Below, one piece after another: positions 10,218 through 20,005 of a DNA stretch of 64,000 nt. The notes under the pieces are model-generated. The model did not search any database and was not told where the DNA came from. It worked only from the letters and a program-made list of their open reading frames with translations. A program made the translations under genes and the position numbers. Origin of the DNA: Dehalococcoidia bacterium. GTDB taxonomy: Bacteria; Chloroflexota; Dehalococcoidia; Bin125. Every line of letters starts with the position of its first letter. The stretch's first letter is position 1. The DNA is taken from positions 972,806 to 1,036,805 of the forward strand of contig CBDCPP010000001.1 of NCBI GenBank assembly GCA_965220315.1. Reading direction: 5' to 3'.

Positions 10218-10321
10218 GGCGGGGAACCTATACACGGATCATGGATGTGTCCGCGATCATAGGACACTCTGTGGCTGCCAGGCTCTAGTCTGGTCGTTAA
10301 GCGCGTTACCGCCTGCTTAGC

Positions 10322-12148
10322 TCAAGTGCGGCGGTGCACTTCCTCCAATAGCTGCGACTGCAGATCGGCCACTGGCAGCACGCCGAGGTTCTTGCCGTCC
10401 CGACGCCGCACGGCCACCGCCGGCGCTGCTGCTTCCGCTTCACGGTCGCCTACTACCAGCATGTATGGCACCTTTTCCAGCTGCGCGTCGCGGATCTTGG
10501 CATTCATCCGCTCGCTCCGTGCATCGACGTCGGCGCGCAGCCCCGCTGCCTTGAGCGAGGCAGCGACCCGCTGCGCGTATTCGACGTGCCGGTCCGCGAT
10601 CGGGATCAACCGTGCCTGCACCGGCGCCAGCCACAGTGGGAAGGCGCCGCCATAGTGCTCGATCAGAACGGCGAAGAAGCGTTCCATGCTGCCCAGCAAC
10701 GCGCGGTGCACCAGGTAGGGGCTGTGCTCCGCGCCGTCCTCACCCACGTAAGTCAGGCCGAAGCGCGTGCCCATGTTGAAGTCGAACTGCACGGTCGTCA
10801 GCTGCCACTCCCGCGCCAGCGCGTCGACGACCCTCAAGTCGATCTTGGGTCCATAGAACGCACCGCCTCCCTCGTCCACTTCGTATTCCAGCGCCGCCTC
10901 CGCCAGCGCCCGGCGCAGTGCCGCCTCCGCTACCTCCCAGGCCGCCGGCTCTCCCACGGCCTTTTCCGGCCGCGTCGATAGGAAGGCGGTGAAAGTGTCG
11001 AAGCCGAACGTGCGCAGCATCTCCACCGAGAACCGCACCACCTCCACGATCTCGGACTCCACTTGCTCGGGCGTGCAGAAAATATGCGCGTCATCCTGGG
11101 TGAAACCGCGCACCCGCAGTAGCCCGTGCATCGTCCCCGAGCGCTCGTAGCGGTACACCGTGCCCAGTTCCGCCAGTCGCAGCGGCAGCTCTCGGTACGA
11201 CCGTCGTGCGTTGCGGTAGATCATGATGTGGAACGGACAGTTCATGGGCTTCGCGTAGAAGTCCTCGCCGTCCACCTCCATCGGCGCGTACATGCTCTCC
11301 TTGTAAAAATCCAGATGCCCACTGGTCTCCCACAGCCACGACTTTCCGAAGTGCGGCGTGTAGACCAGCTCGTAGCCGCCTTCTAGATGGGCCCGGCGCC
11401 AGTAGTCCTCCACCTCCAGCCGCACCCGTCCGCCCTTGGGATGCCAGAAGACCAGCCCCGGTCCTGCCTCTTCGTGCAGCGAAAACAGATCCAGGTCACG
11501 TCCCAAGCGTCGGTGGTCGCGCTTTTCCGCCTCTTCGAGCCGCTGCAAGTAGGATTCGAGTTCGGCTTCCGTGGGGAAAAGCGCGCCGTATACGCGTTGG
11601 AGCTGTGGCCGCGACTCATCGCCGCGCCAGTAGGCGCCGGCTACGTTCATGATCTTGAACGGCCCGATCTGTTTCGTGTGCTCCACGTGCCCGCCCCGGC
11701 AGAGGTCTGTGAAGTCGGCGTGGCTGCAGATCCCCAGCGTCTCGCCCGCGAACTCGTCGATCAGCTCCAGCTTGAACGGTTGGTCCGCGTAGCGTTGCCG
11801 CGCCTCCGCTTCCGTGATCGGTTCCCACACGAACGGGTGCTTCTTCGCCATCTCCTCGCGCATGCGCCGCTCGATCGTTTCCAGATCGTCCGGCGTCAAC
11901 GGGCGTGGCAACAGAAAGTCGTAGTAGAACCCAGTATCGATCGGTGGCCCAATGGCGAGTTTGGCGTCCGGGAAAATCTCCAATACCACCTGCGCCAGTA
12001 CGTGGGCGGCGGAGTGCCGCATCCGTCGCCGGAACTCCGCTTCATCAAGCTGGTCGGGCGACTCATCGAGACTCACGCCGCTGCCATCGGTCATCCTCGG
12101 CTTCGTCACGAGTTGCTCTTCAGCCACGCGTTCGTCGTCACCACTCAT
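10322..12148 (-). CDS. thrS: threonine--tRNA ligase
   Basis: 608 aa. HxxxH/CxxxH editing-domain region, class II catalytic core (FRYERSGTMHGLLRVRGFTQDDAHIF) and C-terminal anticodon-binding domain. Confidence 0.95.
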   Translation of the reverse strand: MSGDDERVAEEQLVTKPRMTDGSGVSLDESPDQLDEAEFRRRMRHSAAHVLAQVVLEIFPDAKLAIGPPIDTGFYYDFLLPRPLTPDDLETIERRMREEMAKKHPFVWEPITEAEARQRYADQPFKLELIDEFAGETLGICSHADFTDLCRGGHVEHTKQIGPFKIMNVAGAYWRGDESRPQLQRVYGALFPTEAELESYLQRLEEAEKRDHRRLGRDLDLFSLHEEAGPGLVFWHPKGGRVRLEVEDYWRRAHLEGGYELVYTPHFGKSWLWETSGHLDFYKESMYAPMEVDGEDFYAKPMNCPFHIMIYRNARRSYRELPLRLAELGTVYRYERSGTMHGLLRVRGFTQDDAHIFCTPEQVESEIVEVVRFSVEMLRTFGFDTFTAFLSTRPEKAVGEPAAWEVAEAALRRALAEAALEYEVDEGGGAFYGPKIDLRVVDALAREWQLTTVQFDFNMGTRFGLTYVGEDGAEHSPYLVHRALLGSMERFFAVLIEHYGGAFPLWLAPVQARLIPIADRHVEYAQRVAASLKAAGLRADVDARSERMNAKIRDAQLEKVPYMLVVGDREAEAAAPAVAVRRRDGKNLGVLPVADLQSQLLEEVHRRT

Positions 12149-12530
12149 CGCTTCCTGAATACAGATCTCGCCCGGCGCCGCGATCGCTATCTTTATAAGA
12201 TCCTATGGGAGCATATACGTCTGGCAAGCGCACGGCGGTCTGCGGTGATCGGTACTTCCTGCTCGCGCTGGTATCCGATGCGAGGTTTTCGAACTCCTGC
12301 CCTTGCACTCCCGATGGGTGATTCTGGTCGAGGCCGGCAAAGGTCGAGCCGGTTCCATGGCACGTCGGCTTAGCCGCTCTCAGCGTTTCGCCAACTGGAG
12401 CATCTCCGCATACTTTCAGTACCTGGAGATGGGCTGAGGTGCCGGTTCGGACTGCACGCGCGGAGGAGATATCGCTGGCTGTGGATCGCCTGACGGTCAG
12501 TCCCTATCTTGACAGAGGGGAAAGCTAACT

Positions 12531-14810
12531 TTGATCGGTTCTCTCGTCCGGATCAGTGTGCGGCGTCCACTGGTGACCATCGGCGTGTGGGCCGCGCTGG
12601 TGGTGATTGCCGCCGTGATCACCTCCAATCTGCTCGATAGCGCGACCACGACCGAGTTTCGGCTGGCTGGCAGGTACGAGTCCGAGCGAGCGGCCGCCTT
12701 GCTGGAGGACAGGCTGCGCGGGCCGGAGAGGCTGGCCGAGATCGTCATCGTGCAGTCGCCGTCCCTGACAGTGGACGATCCCGTCTTCCGCGCCAAAGTG
12801 GAGGCGCTCCACGCCCAGATTCTCGCACTGGGGCCGGAGACGATCGAGGGGGGGATAGGCGGCGAGCCGCTGCATCACTACTACCAGGTCGCCGATGCCG
12901 GAGACCGCATCAACCCGCCGCAGCGGGAGGTGCTGCTCTCGCTGATGGTCTCCGACGACCGCCGGACCGTCTTGTTGCACTACACCCTGGCCGGCAGCAC
13001 GGATGAGGCTACCGAAAACGTCGAAGACGTCCTTCACGTTGTCGAGGAAGCGAACGGAGCGGACGACTTCCTCGTGCTCATTGGCGGAGATGCCAGCGTC
13101 GCTTTTGAGAACAACGAGTTGGCGGCTGAAGACCTGGAGAAGGGCGAGCAGGCTGGCATTCCGGTGGCGCTGATCGTGTTGCTGGGGCTCTTGGGCACCG
13201 TCGTTGCCACCCTGCTGCCGTTGGGGCTAGCGATCGTCTCCATCGCCGTCGCGCTGGCCGCGGTCTCGATCATTGGCCAACAATTCCAGCTGATCTTCTT
13301 CGTCCAGATGATGGTCGTCATGATCGGCCTGGCGGTGGGCATCGACTATTCGCTGCTGATCGTCTCCCGCTTCCGGGAGGAGATGGGCCGCGGTCTGTCG
13401 CCGAGAGACGCGGTCATGCGAGCGGGCGATACGGCGGGCCGCACGGTGCTGTTCAGCGGTGCTACCGTTGTGCTGGCCTTGATCGGGCTGCTGATCGTGC
13501 CCGCGTCTTTCTACCAGTCGCTCGCCCTGGGCGCCATTCTCGTGGTCCTCGCGGCGCTGGCGGCGACCCTCACACTGCTACCCGCTGTGCTCGCGCTGCT
13601 CGGCCCCAAAGTGGACTTCCTCTCCATTCCCATCCTCGCCAGGTTCTCGCTGAAAAACGCCGAGACCTCTCGGCGGGGCCCCCAGGAACTCATGACGCGC
13701 GCCGTGATGCGGTACCCGATCGTCAGTATTGTTCTGGTCGGCGCTCCACTGATCGCCCTGTCGTATTTTTACTTCGACATCGAAACTGGACTCAACGACG
13801 TCAACAGCTTTCCCGACAAAGCTCGAACCAAGGAGGCGTTTCTCCTCTTTGAGGAGAAGTTCTCCGAGGGGACTGTCAGTCCCGCCGGATACCTCAGCCC
13901 GGCCGAGATCGTCATCGTCGGCGACATTGACGATCCCCAGGTGGATCAGGCGATCGGACACCTCGAGCAATCCCTTCTGGCCGACCCCACCTTCCCGGTT
14001 CCACCTGGGCGGGAAGTCAACGACGCCCGCGACCTCGCCCTGCTGACGCTCCCGTTCCCCGGAAAGCCGGCCAGCCCGGAGGCCGCCGAGGACATGGCCA
14101 CGCTCCGCGACCGGCACATTCCGGCCGCTTTCGTCGGTGTCGCGGCGGAGGTCTATGTCGGCGGCGTGACGGCCGAGGTCACCGACTTCTATGGCATTGT
14201 CGATTTCTACACGCCGATTGTCTTTGTCTTCGTGCTTGGTCTCAGCTTCATCATCTTGATGATGGTCTTCCGCTCGATCGTCATCCCGATCAAGGCCATC
14301 ATCATGAACCTGCTCTCCGTCGGCGCTACCTACGGGCTGCTGGTGCTGGTGTTCCAGAAAGGGGTCGCCACGGAACTGCTGGGGTTTCAACAGGCGGAGG
14401 TCATCGACGCCTGGATACCGCTGTTCCTCTTCGCCATCCTCTTCGGGCTTTCCATGGACTATCATGTCTTTCTGCTCAGCCGTATCCGGGAGCGCTACGA
14501 CGAGACCGGCGACAACACCGAGGCCGTGAGCTACGGCCTGCGTTCGACCGGAAGGATCATCACCGGCGCCGCCCTCATCATGGTCGCGGTGTTCGGTGGA
14601 TTCTCCATGGGGGAGACCGTCGTCAATCAGATCGTGGGCTTCGGCCTCGGTATAGCCGTACTGCTGGATGCGACGCTGGTGCGCTCGATCTTGGTTCCCG
14701 CTAGTATGGAGGTCTTAGGCAAGCGGAATTGGTACCTGCCACCGGCGTTGCGTTGGCTGCCCGACTTGCGAGTCGAGGCAAGCGACGAAAGTTCAGCGCA
14801 CGGGCAGTAG
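12531..14810 (+). CDS. MMPL/RND-superfamily membrane transporter
   Basis: 759 aa, two 6-TM bundles separated by periplasmic domains. GIDYSLLIVSRFREE and GLSMDYHVFLLSRIRE are the duplicated MMPL signature. TTG start as listed; a GTG at 12552 is an alternative. Confidence 0.88.
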   Translation: MIGSLVRISVRRPLVTIGVWAALVVIAAVITSNLLDSATTTEFRLAGRYESERAAALLEDRLRGPERLAEIVIVQSPSLTVDDPVFRAKVEALHAQILALGPETIEGGIGGEPLHHYYQVADAGDRINPPQREVLLSLMVSDDRRTVLLHYTLAGSTDEATENVEDVLHVVEEANGADDFLVLIGGDASVAFENNELAAEDLEKGEQAGIPVALIVLLGLLGTVVATLLPLGLAIVSIAVALAAVSIIGQQFQLIFFVQMMVVMIGLAVGIDYSLLIVSRFREEMGRGLSPRDAVMRAGDTAGRTVLFSGATVVLALIGLLIVPASFYQSLALGAILVVLAALAATLTLLPAVLALLGPKVDFLSIPILARFSLKNAETSRRGPQELMTRAVMRYPIVSIVLVGAPLIALSYFYFDIETGLNDVNSFPDKARTKEAFLLFEEKFSEGTVSPAGYLSPAEIVIVGDIDDPQVDQAIGHLEQSLLADPTFPVPPGREVNDARDLALLTLPFPGKPASPEAAEDMATLRDRHIPAAFVGVAAEVYVGGVTAEVTDFYGIVDFYTPIVFVFVLGLSFIILMMVFRSIVIPIKAIIMNLLSVGATYGLLVLVFQKGVATELLGFQQAEVIDAWIPLFLFAILFGLSMDYHVFLLSRIRERYDETGDNTEAVSYGLRSTGRIITGAALIMVAVFGGFSMGETVVNQIVGFGLGIAVLLDATLVRSILVPASMEVLGKRNWYLPPALRWLPDLRVEASDESSAHGQ

Positions 14811-14891
14811 ATTGCAAGTCTGGAGCCTCACGGTCACTGAATTGGATCCCGCAGTGGAAAAGGGTCATTCGAGGGCTTTGGGAGCATTGTC

Positions 14892-16100
14892 ATGGGCACC
14901 ATGAATCCACCAATGGTTATACCAAGCGACTATAAGCAGGGGTATGAGATGGCCCGCGCAGTCGCGCCCGAGATGGCGTCCAACTACATCGCGCACACGA
15001 CCATTGGAGATCCGATAGCCGAAGCGATGACGGAGGATCTCGCCAAGTTCGACATGCAAGATTCACAGCGATTCATCCAGGCGGCTATGGATAACGCAGG
15101 CGATGAGGCTCTTCGGGACGCGCCGGCCTCGCTGCGAGAATTCTTCGCGGAGGCGGACACTCCGCCGGATTGGTTTGATCCGTCGGCATTCGCCCCCGGC
15201 GTCCGCATGTTTCACAGGAATTCTAGAACGGTTCTGGTGGCGTTCGTCGCGGGTGTTCTGGTAGAAGGCTTTACAACGAATATCGCCAAGTCCTTCTTTA
15301 TCACCGGGCGGGTGCGCGATCAGGGCGTCAGACGCTTGAAACAGAATAACCGCCACATGATGGATATATTCCTGCCCGGTGGCTTGGATAGGGATGGGGA
15401 CGGCTGGAAATTATCCGTTCGTATTCGGATAGTTCACGCACGACTTCGATACCTGCTGAACCACTCGGAGGAATGGGATGCGGAGGCTTGGGGCGAGCCG
15501 ATCAGCGCGGCGCATCTGGGTTACGCTATTGCCGCTTTTTCAGCGAGGTTACTGAAACACATGAAAACCCTGGGATCTGTCTACAGCGACGAGGAGTACG
15601 AAAGCTTCATGGCCGTCTGGCGTTACTCCGGTTACTTGATGGGCATTCCCGAGACGATCCTATTCCGCGATGCGGATGACGCCCTGAAACTGTATGACGT
15701 CGGTCTCCTGTGTGAGCCCAATACGGAGATTGAATCGATCGTGATGGCGCATTCTCTAATTAACTCCGCTCCCTTGATTGCTGGGATGACCGAGCCGGCC
15801 GCCCGCCGCGAGTTAGCTCGATACGCGTACCGGCTTTCGCGCGTAATCATTGGGACGGAGCTTGCCGACACGCTCTTGTTTCCTTCGAATCGTTCGGTCT
15901 TGGATTCCCTGGGAATTGTCCGGTCGTTTCGAATGCGAGAACGTTATAATCATGTCCTAGATAAGATGATTCCAGGACGTGCTCGAGGCAGCAGTTTCAA
16001 TAGATTCTCAACTTTGCTCGAAACGTCGGTCTTCGATGAGGCGGGCATCAGCTACCGATTGCCCGACCACGTGTACGCGGAAGAGTCCAGCAAGTGGTGA
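14892..16100 (+). CDS. hypothetical protein, possibly DUF2236 / MpaB-like oxygenase family
   Basis: 402-aa soluble protein. Weak resemblance to the ER-bound-oxygenase/latex-clearing (DUF2236) family. Assignment is tentative. Confidence 0.45.
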   Translation: MGTMNPPMVIPSDYKQGYEMARAVAPEMASNYIAHTTIGDPIAEAMTEDLAKFDMQDSQRFIQAAMDNAGDEALRDAPASLREFFAEADTPPDWFDPSAFAPGVRMFHRNSRTVLVAFVAGVLVEGFTTNIAKSFFITGRVRDQGVRRLKQNNRHMMDIFLPGGLDRDGDGWKLSVRIRIVHARLRYLLNHSEEWDAEAWGEPISAAHLGYAIAAFSARLLKHMKTLGSVYSDEEYESFMAVWRYSGYLMGIPETILFRDADDALKLYDVGLLCEPNTEIESIVMAHSLINSAPLIAGMTEPAARRELARYAYRLSRVIIGTELADTLLFPSNRSVLDSLGIVRSFRMRERYNHVLDKMIPGRARGSSFNRFSTLLETSVFDEAGISYRLPDHVYAEESSKW

Positions 16101-16214
16101 GGCCGGCTAGCAGTCATCGAGGACCGTAGGCGCCAGAGCGGGACCGACTCGTTAGCCTCCTTTACGCGCCAAGTCGCACGGTGGGCGACATGACAATGAG
16201 TCGGGCTATGGTTT

Positions 16215-17081
16215 ATGAGCGAGCGCCTCGCCGAAGGCGAGGGCTCCGAAGGTGCCGCCAGCGGCTCTCCACTGCTTTATGCTGTCGCCGTACATGTTGG
16301 TGAGGTGCAGAAGACTGTGCTAAGACCTCTTGCGCTGGCCGCCGCAATCGTCGTGCTCACCTCCATCTGCCTCTCGTGCAGTGGTGGGTCCGATACCGTC
16401 CGTATGGGAACGGAAGGGGCCTATCCCCCGTACAACTTCATTAACGAAAGCGGCGAGGTCGATGGATTCGAGAGGGAGCTGGGTGACGAGCTGTGCCGGC
16501 GTGCCGACCTCGAATGCACCTGGGTGACCAATGCATGGGACAGCATGATCCCCAACCTCATTGCGGGCAGCTACGACACCATCCTCGCCGGCATGAGCAT
16601 CACCGATGAGCGTGACGCGGTGATCGATTTCACGCAGCCGTACATCCCGCCCAGTCCCTCGGTCTACATTGCGCAGGCTGGTGCGGGCGACGGGGTGGTC
16701 GCCGGCAAAGTGGCTGCTCAGGTAGCCACCATCCAGGCTGACTACCTGTCCCAATCGGGCGCGACGCTGTTGGAGTACGCATTGGCCCCGGAGCTCGTTG
16801 CTGCCGTCCTGAGCGGCGAGGTGGATGCCGCGCTGGTCGACTTGGGGTTTGCCCTGGACAGGCTGGAGGAGAGCGGAGAACGGCTGACCCTCGCCGGCCC
16901 CGAGGTGATGTTGGAGTCCGGTGTGGGCGTCGGCATTCGGGAGAGCGATGGCTGGTTGAAGGACAAATTGGACCGGGCCATCGATGGCATGAAGAGAGAC
17001 GGCTCCTTGAATGCCCTCATCGAGCAGTGGTTCGGCCCGGACGCCGAGGTCTGGCCTAGCGTTGGTGACACGGGCTCCTGA
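16215..17081 (+). CDS. amino-acid ABC transporter substrate-binding protein (family 3), secreted/lipoprotein
   Basis: Signal peptide ...LALAAAIVVLTSICLSCSGG, then PBPb motifs (YPPYNF, GFERELGDELC, GSYDTILAGMSITDER). The true start may be the GTG at about 16316, which has GAGGTG SD; the first 30 aa of the listed ORF look non-native. Confidence 0.8.
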   Translation: MSERLAEGEGSEGAASGSPLLYAVAVHVGEVQKTVLRPLALAAAIVVLTSICLSCSGGSDTVRMGTEGAYPPYNFINESGEVDGFERELGDELCRRADLECTWVTNAWDSMIPNLIAGSYDTILAGMSITDERDAVIDFTQPYIPPSPSVYIAQAGAGDGVVAGKVAAQVATIQADYLSQSGATLLEYALAPELVAAVLSGEVDAALVDLGFALDRLEESGERLTLAGPEVMLESGVGVGIRESDGWLKDKLDRAIDGMKRDGSLNALIEQWFGPDAEVWPSVGDTGS

Positions 17082-17152
17082 GGTAAGCGGGAGTTGCCGG
17101 AAGATTTGGGTAGCGCCGGCGCATTACAACGATGCGTAACGGAGGGATGGCG

Positions 17153-17560
17153 CTAACTCCGGCCCTCGACGTCCAGCGTGTCGAACACGGGTGCCATGAC
17201 CGTGACCGCGATCAATATGACCACTGTGTCGGAGACGACCGGCGTCAGTATGCGGCGCAGCAGCGAGAGGCGCGCCGCCAGCAGGAATTGAAACAGCGAC
17301 GACACGACGATGAGGCTCACCATCGTGGACGGGCCGCCTTCCATCAAGGCCACGACGCAGACCGCGTTGAAAGCTCCCGACGTGCCCATGACCAGCACGT
17401 GCCCGGCCCCGATCCGCCCGACCCGGACGGCCTGGAGAACGGTGGTAACGCCGCTGATGAGCAACGCCGCGAAGACGGCCCACGACAGGTAACTCTCGGG
17501 CTGTTCGGCGATCCGGGCCACGATGACCACGGTCAGGACTACCGGCGCCACGATGACCAT
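17153..17560 (-). pseudogene. permease-like membrane protein fragment (probable gene remnant)
   Basis: 135-aa all-hydrophobic ORF next to tRNA-Val, far too short for a transporter. Overlapping junk ORFs on both strands. No start context. Confidence 0.3.
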
Positions 17561-17798
17561 GGCGGCCTGAACGCCGGCGCCAATGGCTACAGCGGAAGGG
17601 GGCGCTCATGCGGTTCGTAACGGATGTGGTCGTTTACGTCTGTCGCGGCCAAGGGTCACACTTCGATCAGCCGCGTGGCGGCGCCGATCACCCCCGGAGT
17701 CCCTGCGCTAGGAAGGGGGAATCCTTTTCGGCTGCCGATGGCAACCACTCTCATCGGCGCAGTTCTTCCTAGGGGTAAGGGTTCCTATAGGCAAGTGA

Positions 17799-17875
17799 TG
17801 GTGGGCGATACTGGACTCGAACCAGTGACCTCTGCGATGTCAACGCAGCGCTCTAGCCATCTGAGCTAACCGCCC
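17799..17875 (-). tRNA. tRNA-Val (anticodon GAC)
   Basis: Read on the minus strand: GGGCGGTTAGCTCAGATGGCTAGAGCGCTGCGTTGACATCGCAGAGGTCACTGGTTCGAGTCCAGTATCGCCCACCA. 7-bp acceptor stem, GTTCGAGTC T-loop, anticodon loop TTGACAT, encoded CCA. Confidence 0.92.
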
Positions 17876-18062
17876 TCGGCCCCTGTCCATACATGGCGCC
17901 GACCGATCGATGCTACTCAGGCCCGAGCGAGACGGTCAATCTGGACGCTGCCGACAGCCTTTCCGATGTGTCCCTATGCACTGCAGTCCAGAGCGATGAT
18001 CGGCTCCGTCAGTGATAAGATCGTTGCGGTAGTTCGCCCGCTCGCAGGGCGCGGACCAGTGT

Positions 18063-18138
18063 GGGCCGCTAGCTCAATTGGAAGAGCAGCTGACTCTTAA
18101 TCAGCCGGTTGTAGGTTCGAGTCCTACGCGGCTCACCA
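18063..18138 (+). tRNA. tRNA-Lys (anticodon CTT); integration target of the adjacent element
   Basis: GGGCCGCTAGCTCAATTGGAAGAGCAGCTGACTCTTAATCAGCCGGTTGTAGGTTCGAGTCCTACGCGGCTCACCA. Cloverleaf with anticodon loop CTCTTAA and encoded CCA. Confidence 0.92.
18093..18138 (+). repeat. attL core, which is the 3' half of tRNA-Lys and is repeated at 25441..25486 and 26262..26306
   Basis: 46-nt segment ACTCTTAATCAGCCGGTTGTAGGTTCGAGTCCTACGCGGCTCACCA. Direct repeats downstream have 3 and 4 mismatches. Confidence 0.8.
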
Positions 18139-18218
18139 CCCACCCCTCGCGATTTCCCTAGCGCCGTAGGGAAATCGGCACACCCCACCCCGCTGGAAGT
18201 GGCACGGGCGTTCCCGCA

Positions 18219-18240
18219 TGCCACTCGCGTGCCACTCCCT
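18219..18240 (+). repeat. TGCCACTCGCGTGCCACTCCCT motif near attL, with the inverted copy GTGGCACG at 18199; candidate integrase arm-type site
   Basis: A near-identical 20-nt motif TGCCACTCCCGTGCCACTCC recurs at 25319..25338, about 100 bp inside attR, in the same orientation. Confidence 0.4.
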
Positions 18241-18278
18241 GCTGTCTCGCGGGGGCACGCCCGCCGTAGTCTTGGGCT

Positions 18279-19381
18279 ATGCCCCGCTCCCGCTCCGGCT
18301 CCAAGCGCCCGCCCGGTTCTGGCTCCGTTCGCCAGTTACGGCCGGGCGTCTGGCAGGCCCGCTGGTCCGTCGGCAGCGGCCCCGGACGCCGTTATCTGTC
18401 CGAGGTGATCCACGGCACGAAGGCTGAGGCGGAGGCGCTCCTGCGGCACTGGCTGGCCGAACGGGAGCGGACGCGCGGCCTCAGCGGCCTGGCCGGGAAC
18501 CCGCACCTGACCGTGGAGCAGTGGCTGCGTCACGCCTGCGCCCCGGTACCCTGCGCAGCTACACGAACATCGTCGAGGTGGAGCTCATCCCCGGTCTGGG
18601 ATCGCGCCGCCTCAATCGGCTGGCCGTGGGCGACTTGCAGGCCTTCTTCCACACGCTGGCGGACCGTCCCCACTGGCGGCGCTTCGTCCGCTCCGTGCTG
18701 CGTTCGGCCCTGAGCGAGGCGGAGCGCCAGGAGCTCGTGCCCCGCAACGTCGCCCGCCTGGTGCGGCTGCCCACGCCCCCGCGCAAGGAAGTGCAGCCGC
18801 TGACGGAGGAGCAGACGCGGGCGTTCCTGCGGGCCGTCGAGGGGGACCGCCTGGAGGCGCTCTACAAGCTGGCGATCGCCACGGGCATGCGCCAGGGCGA
18901 GTTCCTGGGCCCCACCTGGCCGGACGTCGACCTCGAGGCGGGCACGCTCGCCGTACGGCGCAGCCTCAAGTACTACCACGGGGGCTACCACCTCGACGCC
19001 GTGAAGACGGACCGCTCCCGCCGCACGCTGACGCTGGCTCCGCCGCTGGTGACGGCCCTGCGCCAGCACCGACGGGCGCAGATCGTCCGCTCCTCCTGGC
19101 GACTGGTCTTCGTCACGCGGAACGGGCAGCCTCTGAACGGCACGAACGTCACCCACACGCTTCAGCGCCACCTCGCGCGGGCCGGGCTCCCCCGCATCCG
19201 CTTTCACGATCTGCGCCACGGTGCCGCCACCTACTTGCTGGGGGCGGGCGTGGGCATGAAGGAAGTCTCGGACCTGCTGGGCCACCAGCAGATGAGCACC
19301 ACGGCCGACATCTACGCGCACACGCTCCCGGAGGCGCGGCGGGTAGCCATGGATAAGCTCGCGGACGTGGTCTTCAGCTAA
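18279..19381 (+). pseudogene. int: tyrosine-type site-specific integrase with a frameshift. N-terminal arm-binding domain 18279..~18530; catalytic core 18521..19381 in another frame
   Basis: ORF1 ...GVWQARWSVGSGPGRRYLSEVIHGTKAEAEALL...TVEQWLRHA is a phage-integrase N-terminus. ORF2 (GTG 18521) LRPGTLRSYTNIVEVELIPGLG... carries R...HDLRH...Y (RFHDLRHGAATYLL, ADIYAHT). The two overlap in different frames around 18500-18540. Confidence 0.85.
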
Positions 19382-19507
19382 CTGCGGGCTCCGGCTGGTC
19401 AACGATGCCAACGAGAAAATCGAAGTATTCCTATTGGCTGAGCTGGGTACTCGCTTGCACTAAACTCGGCAGGAGTCGGCTCGAAAATCAGACCACGAGA
19501 AGGCGAG

Positions 19508-19846
19508 ATGCTTCCTGAGACCTTTTGGAACGACGTACCGCCGCTCGACATCATTGAGTACGCGAACAACGTTGAAGCAGAGAGCTCCGTGGCCGACGCG
19601 ACCACTGCTAGAGACTGTGAAATCCAAGCCCTGTGCAAGCTCCACCTCATACGAACTGGGGCAGAGCCAGAGATGATGAAGGAAACCGTACAGTCGAGGG
19701 TCAATACCCGGAGGCTTTTCTTCGGAGAGTGGACCAACGACGGCGGCCCGTTCTCAGAAGAGGAAGTGCTCAACCTACGCTCGCAGGTCAAGCCGTGGGC
19801 ATTCCCTCCGGATTTCAGGTCCTTGCTGGCCGAAATCTTCGTATAG
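19508..19846 (+). CDS. hypothetical protein (island cargo, lower-GC)
   Basis: 112-aa ORF in an AT-richer segment right after the integrase. No recognisable motifs. Confidence 0.35.
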   Translation: MLPETFWNDVPPLDIIEYANNVEAESSVADATTARDCEIQALCKLHLIRTGAEPEMMKETVQSRVNTRRLFFGEWTNDGGPFSEEEVLNLRSQVKPWAFPPDFRSLLAEIFV

Positions 19847-20005
19847 ACCGCATATAGGGCTGTCTGGAACGACGAGTGCTAGTGCTGTAGCGCGTCGTCG
19901 TACACGATCGCGCTCCCAGCCTCCGCCGCCCACACGTAGACATCCACGCCGGTCGTGGGCCGCACCGTGATCCGTTCGCCCGGCGCGAGCGTGAAGGCGG
20001 GGGAG

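Noticed and set aside
18530-19411. 293-aa minus-strand ORF antisense to the integrase
   Set aside because: Arg/Ala/Gly-rich low-complexity translation fully overlapping a gene with clear integrase motifs. Typical high-GC antisense artefact. The same applies to 20459..21424 (+) opposite the DEAD-box helicase, 13578..14465 (-) opposite the MMPL gene, 154..789 (-), 4102..4692 (-), 37453..38289 (-) and 28924..29655 (+).
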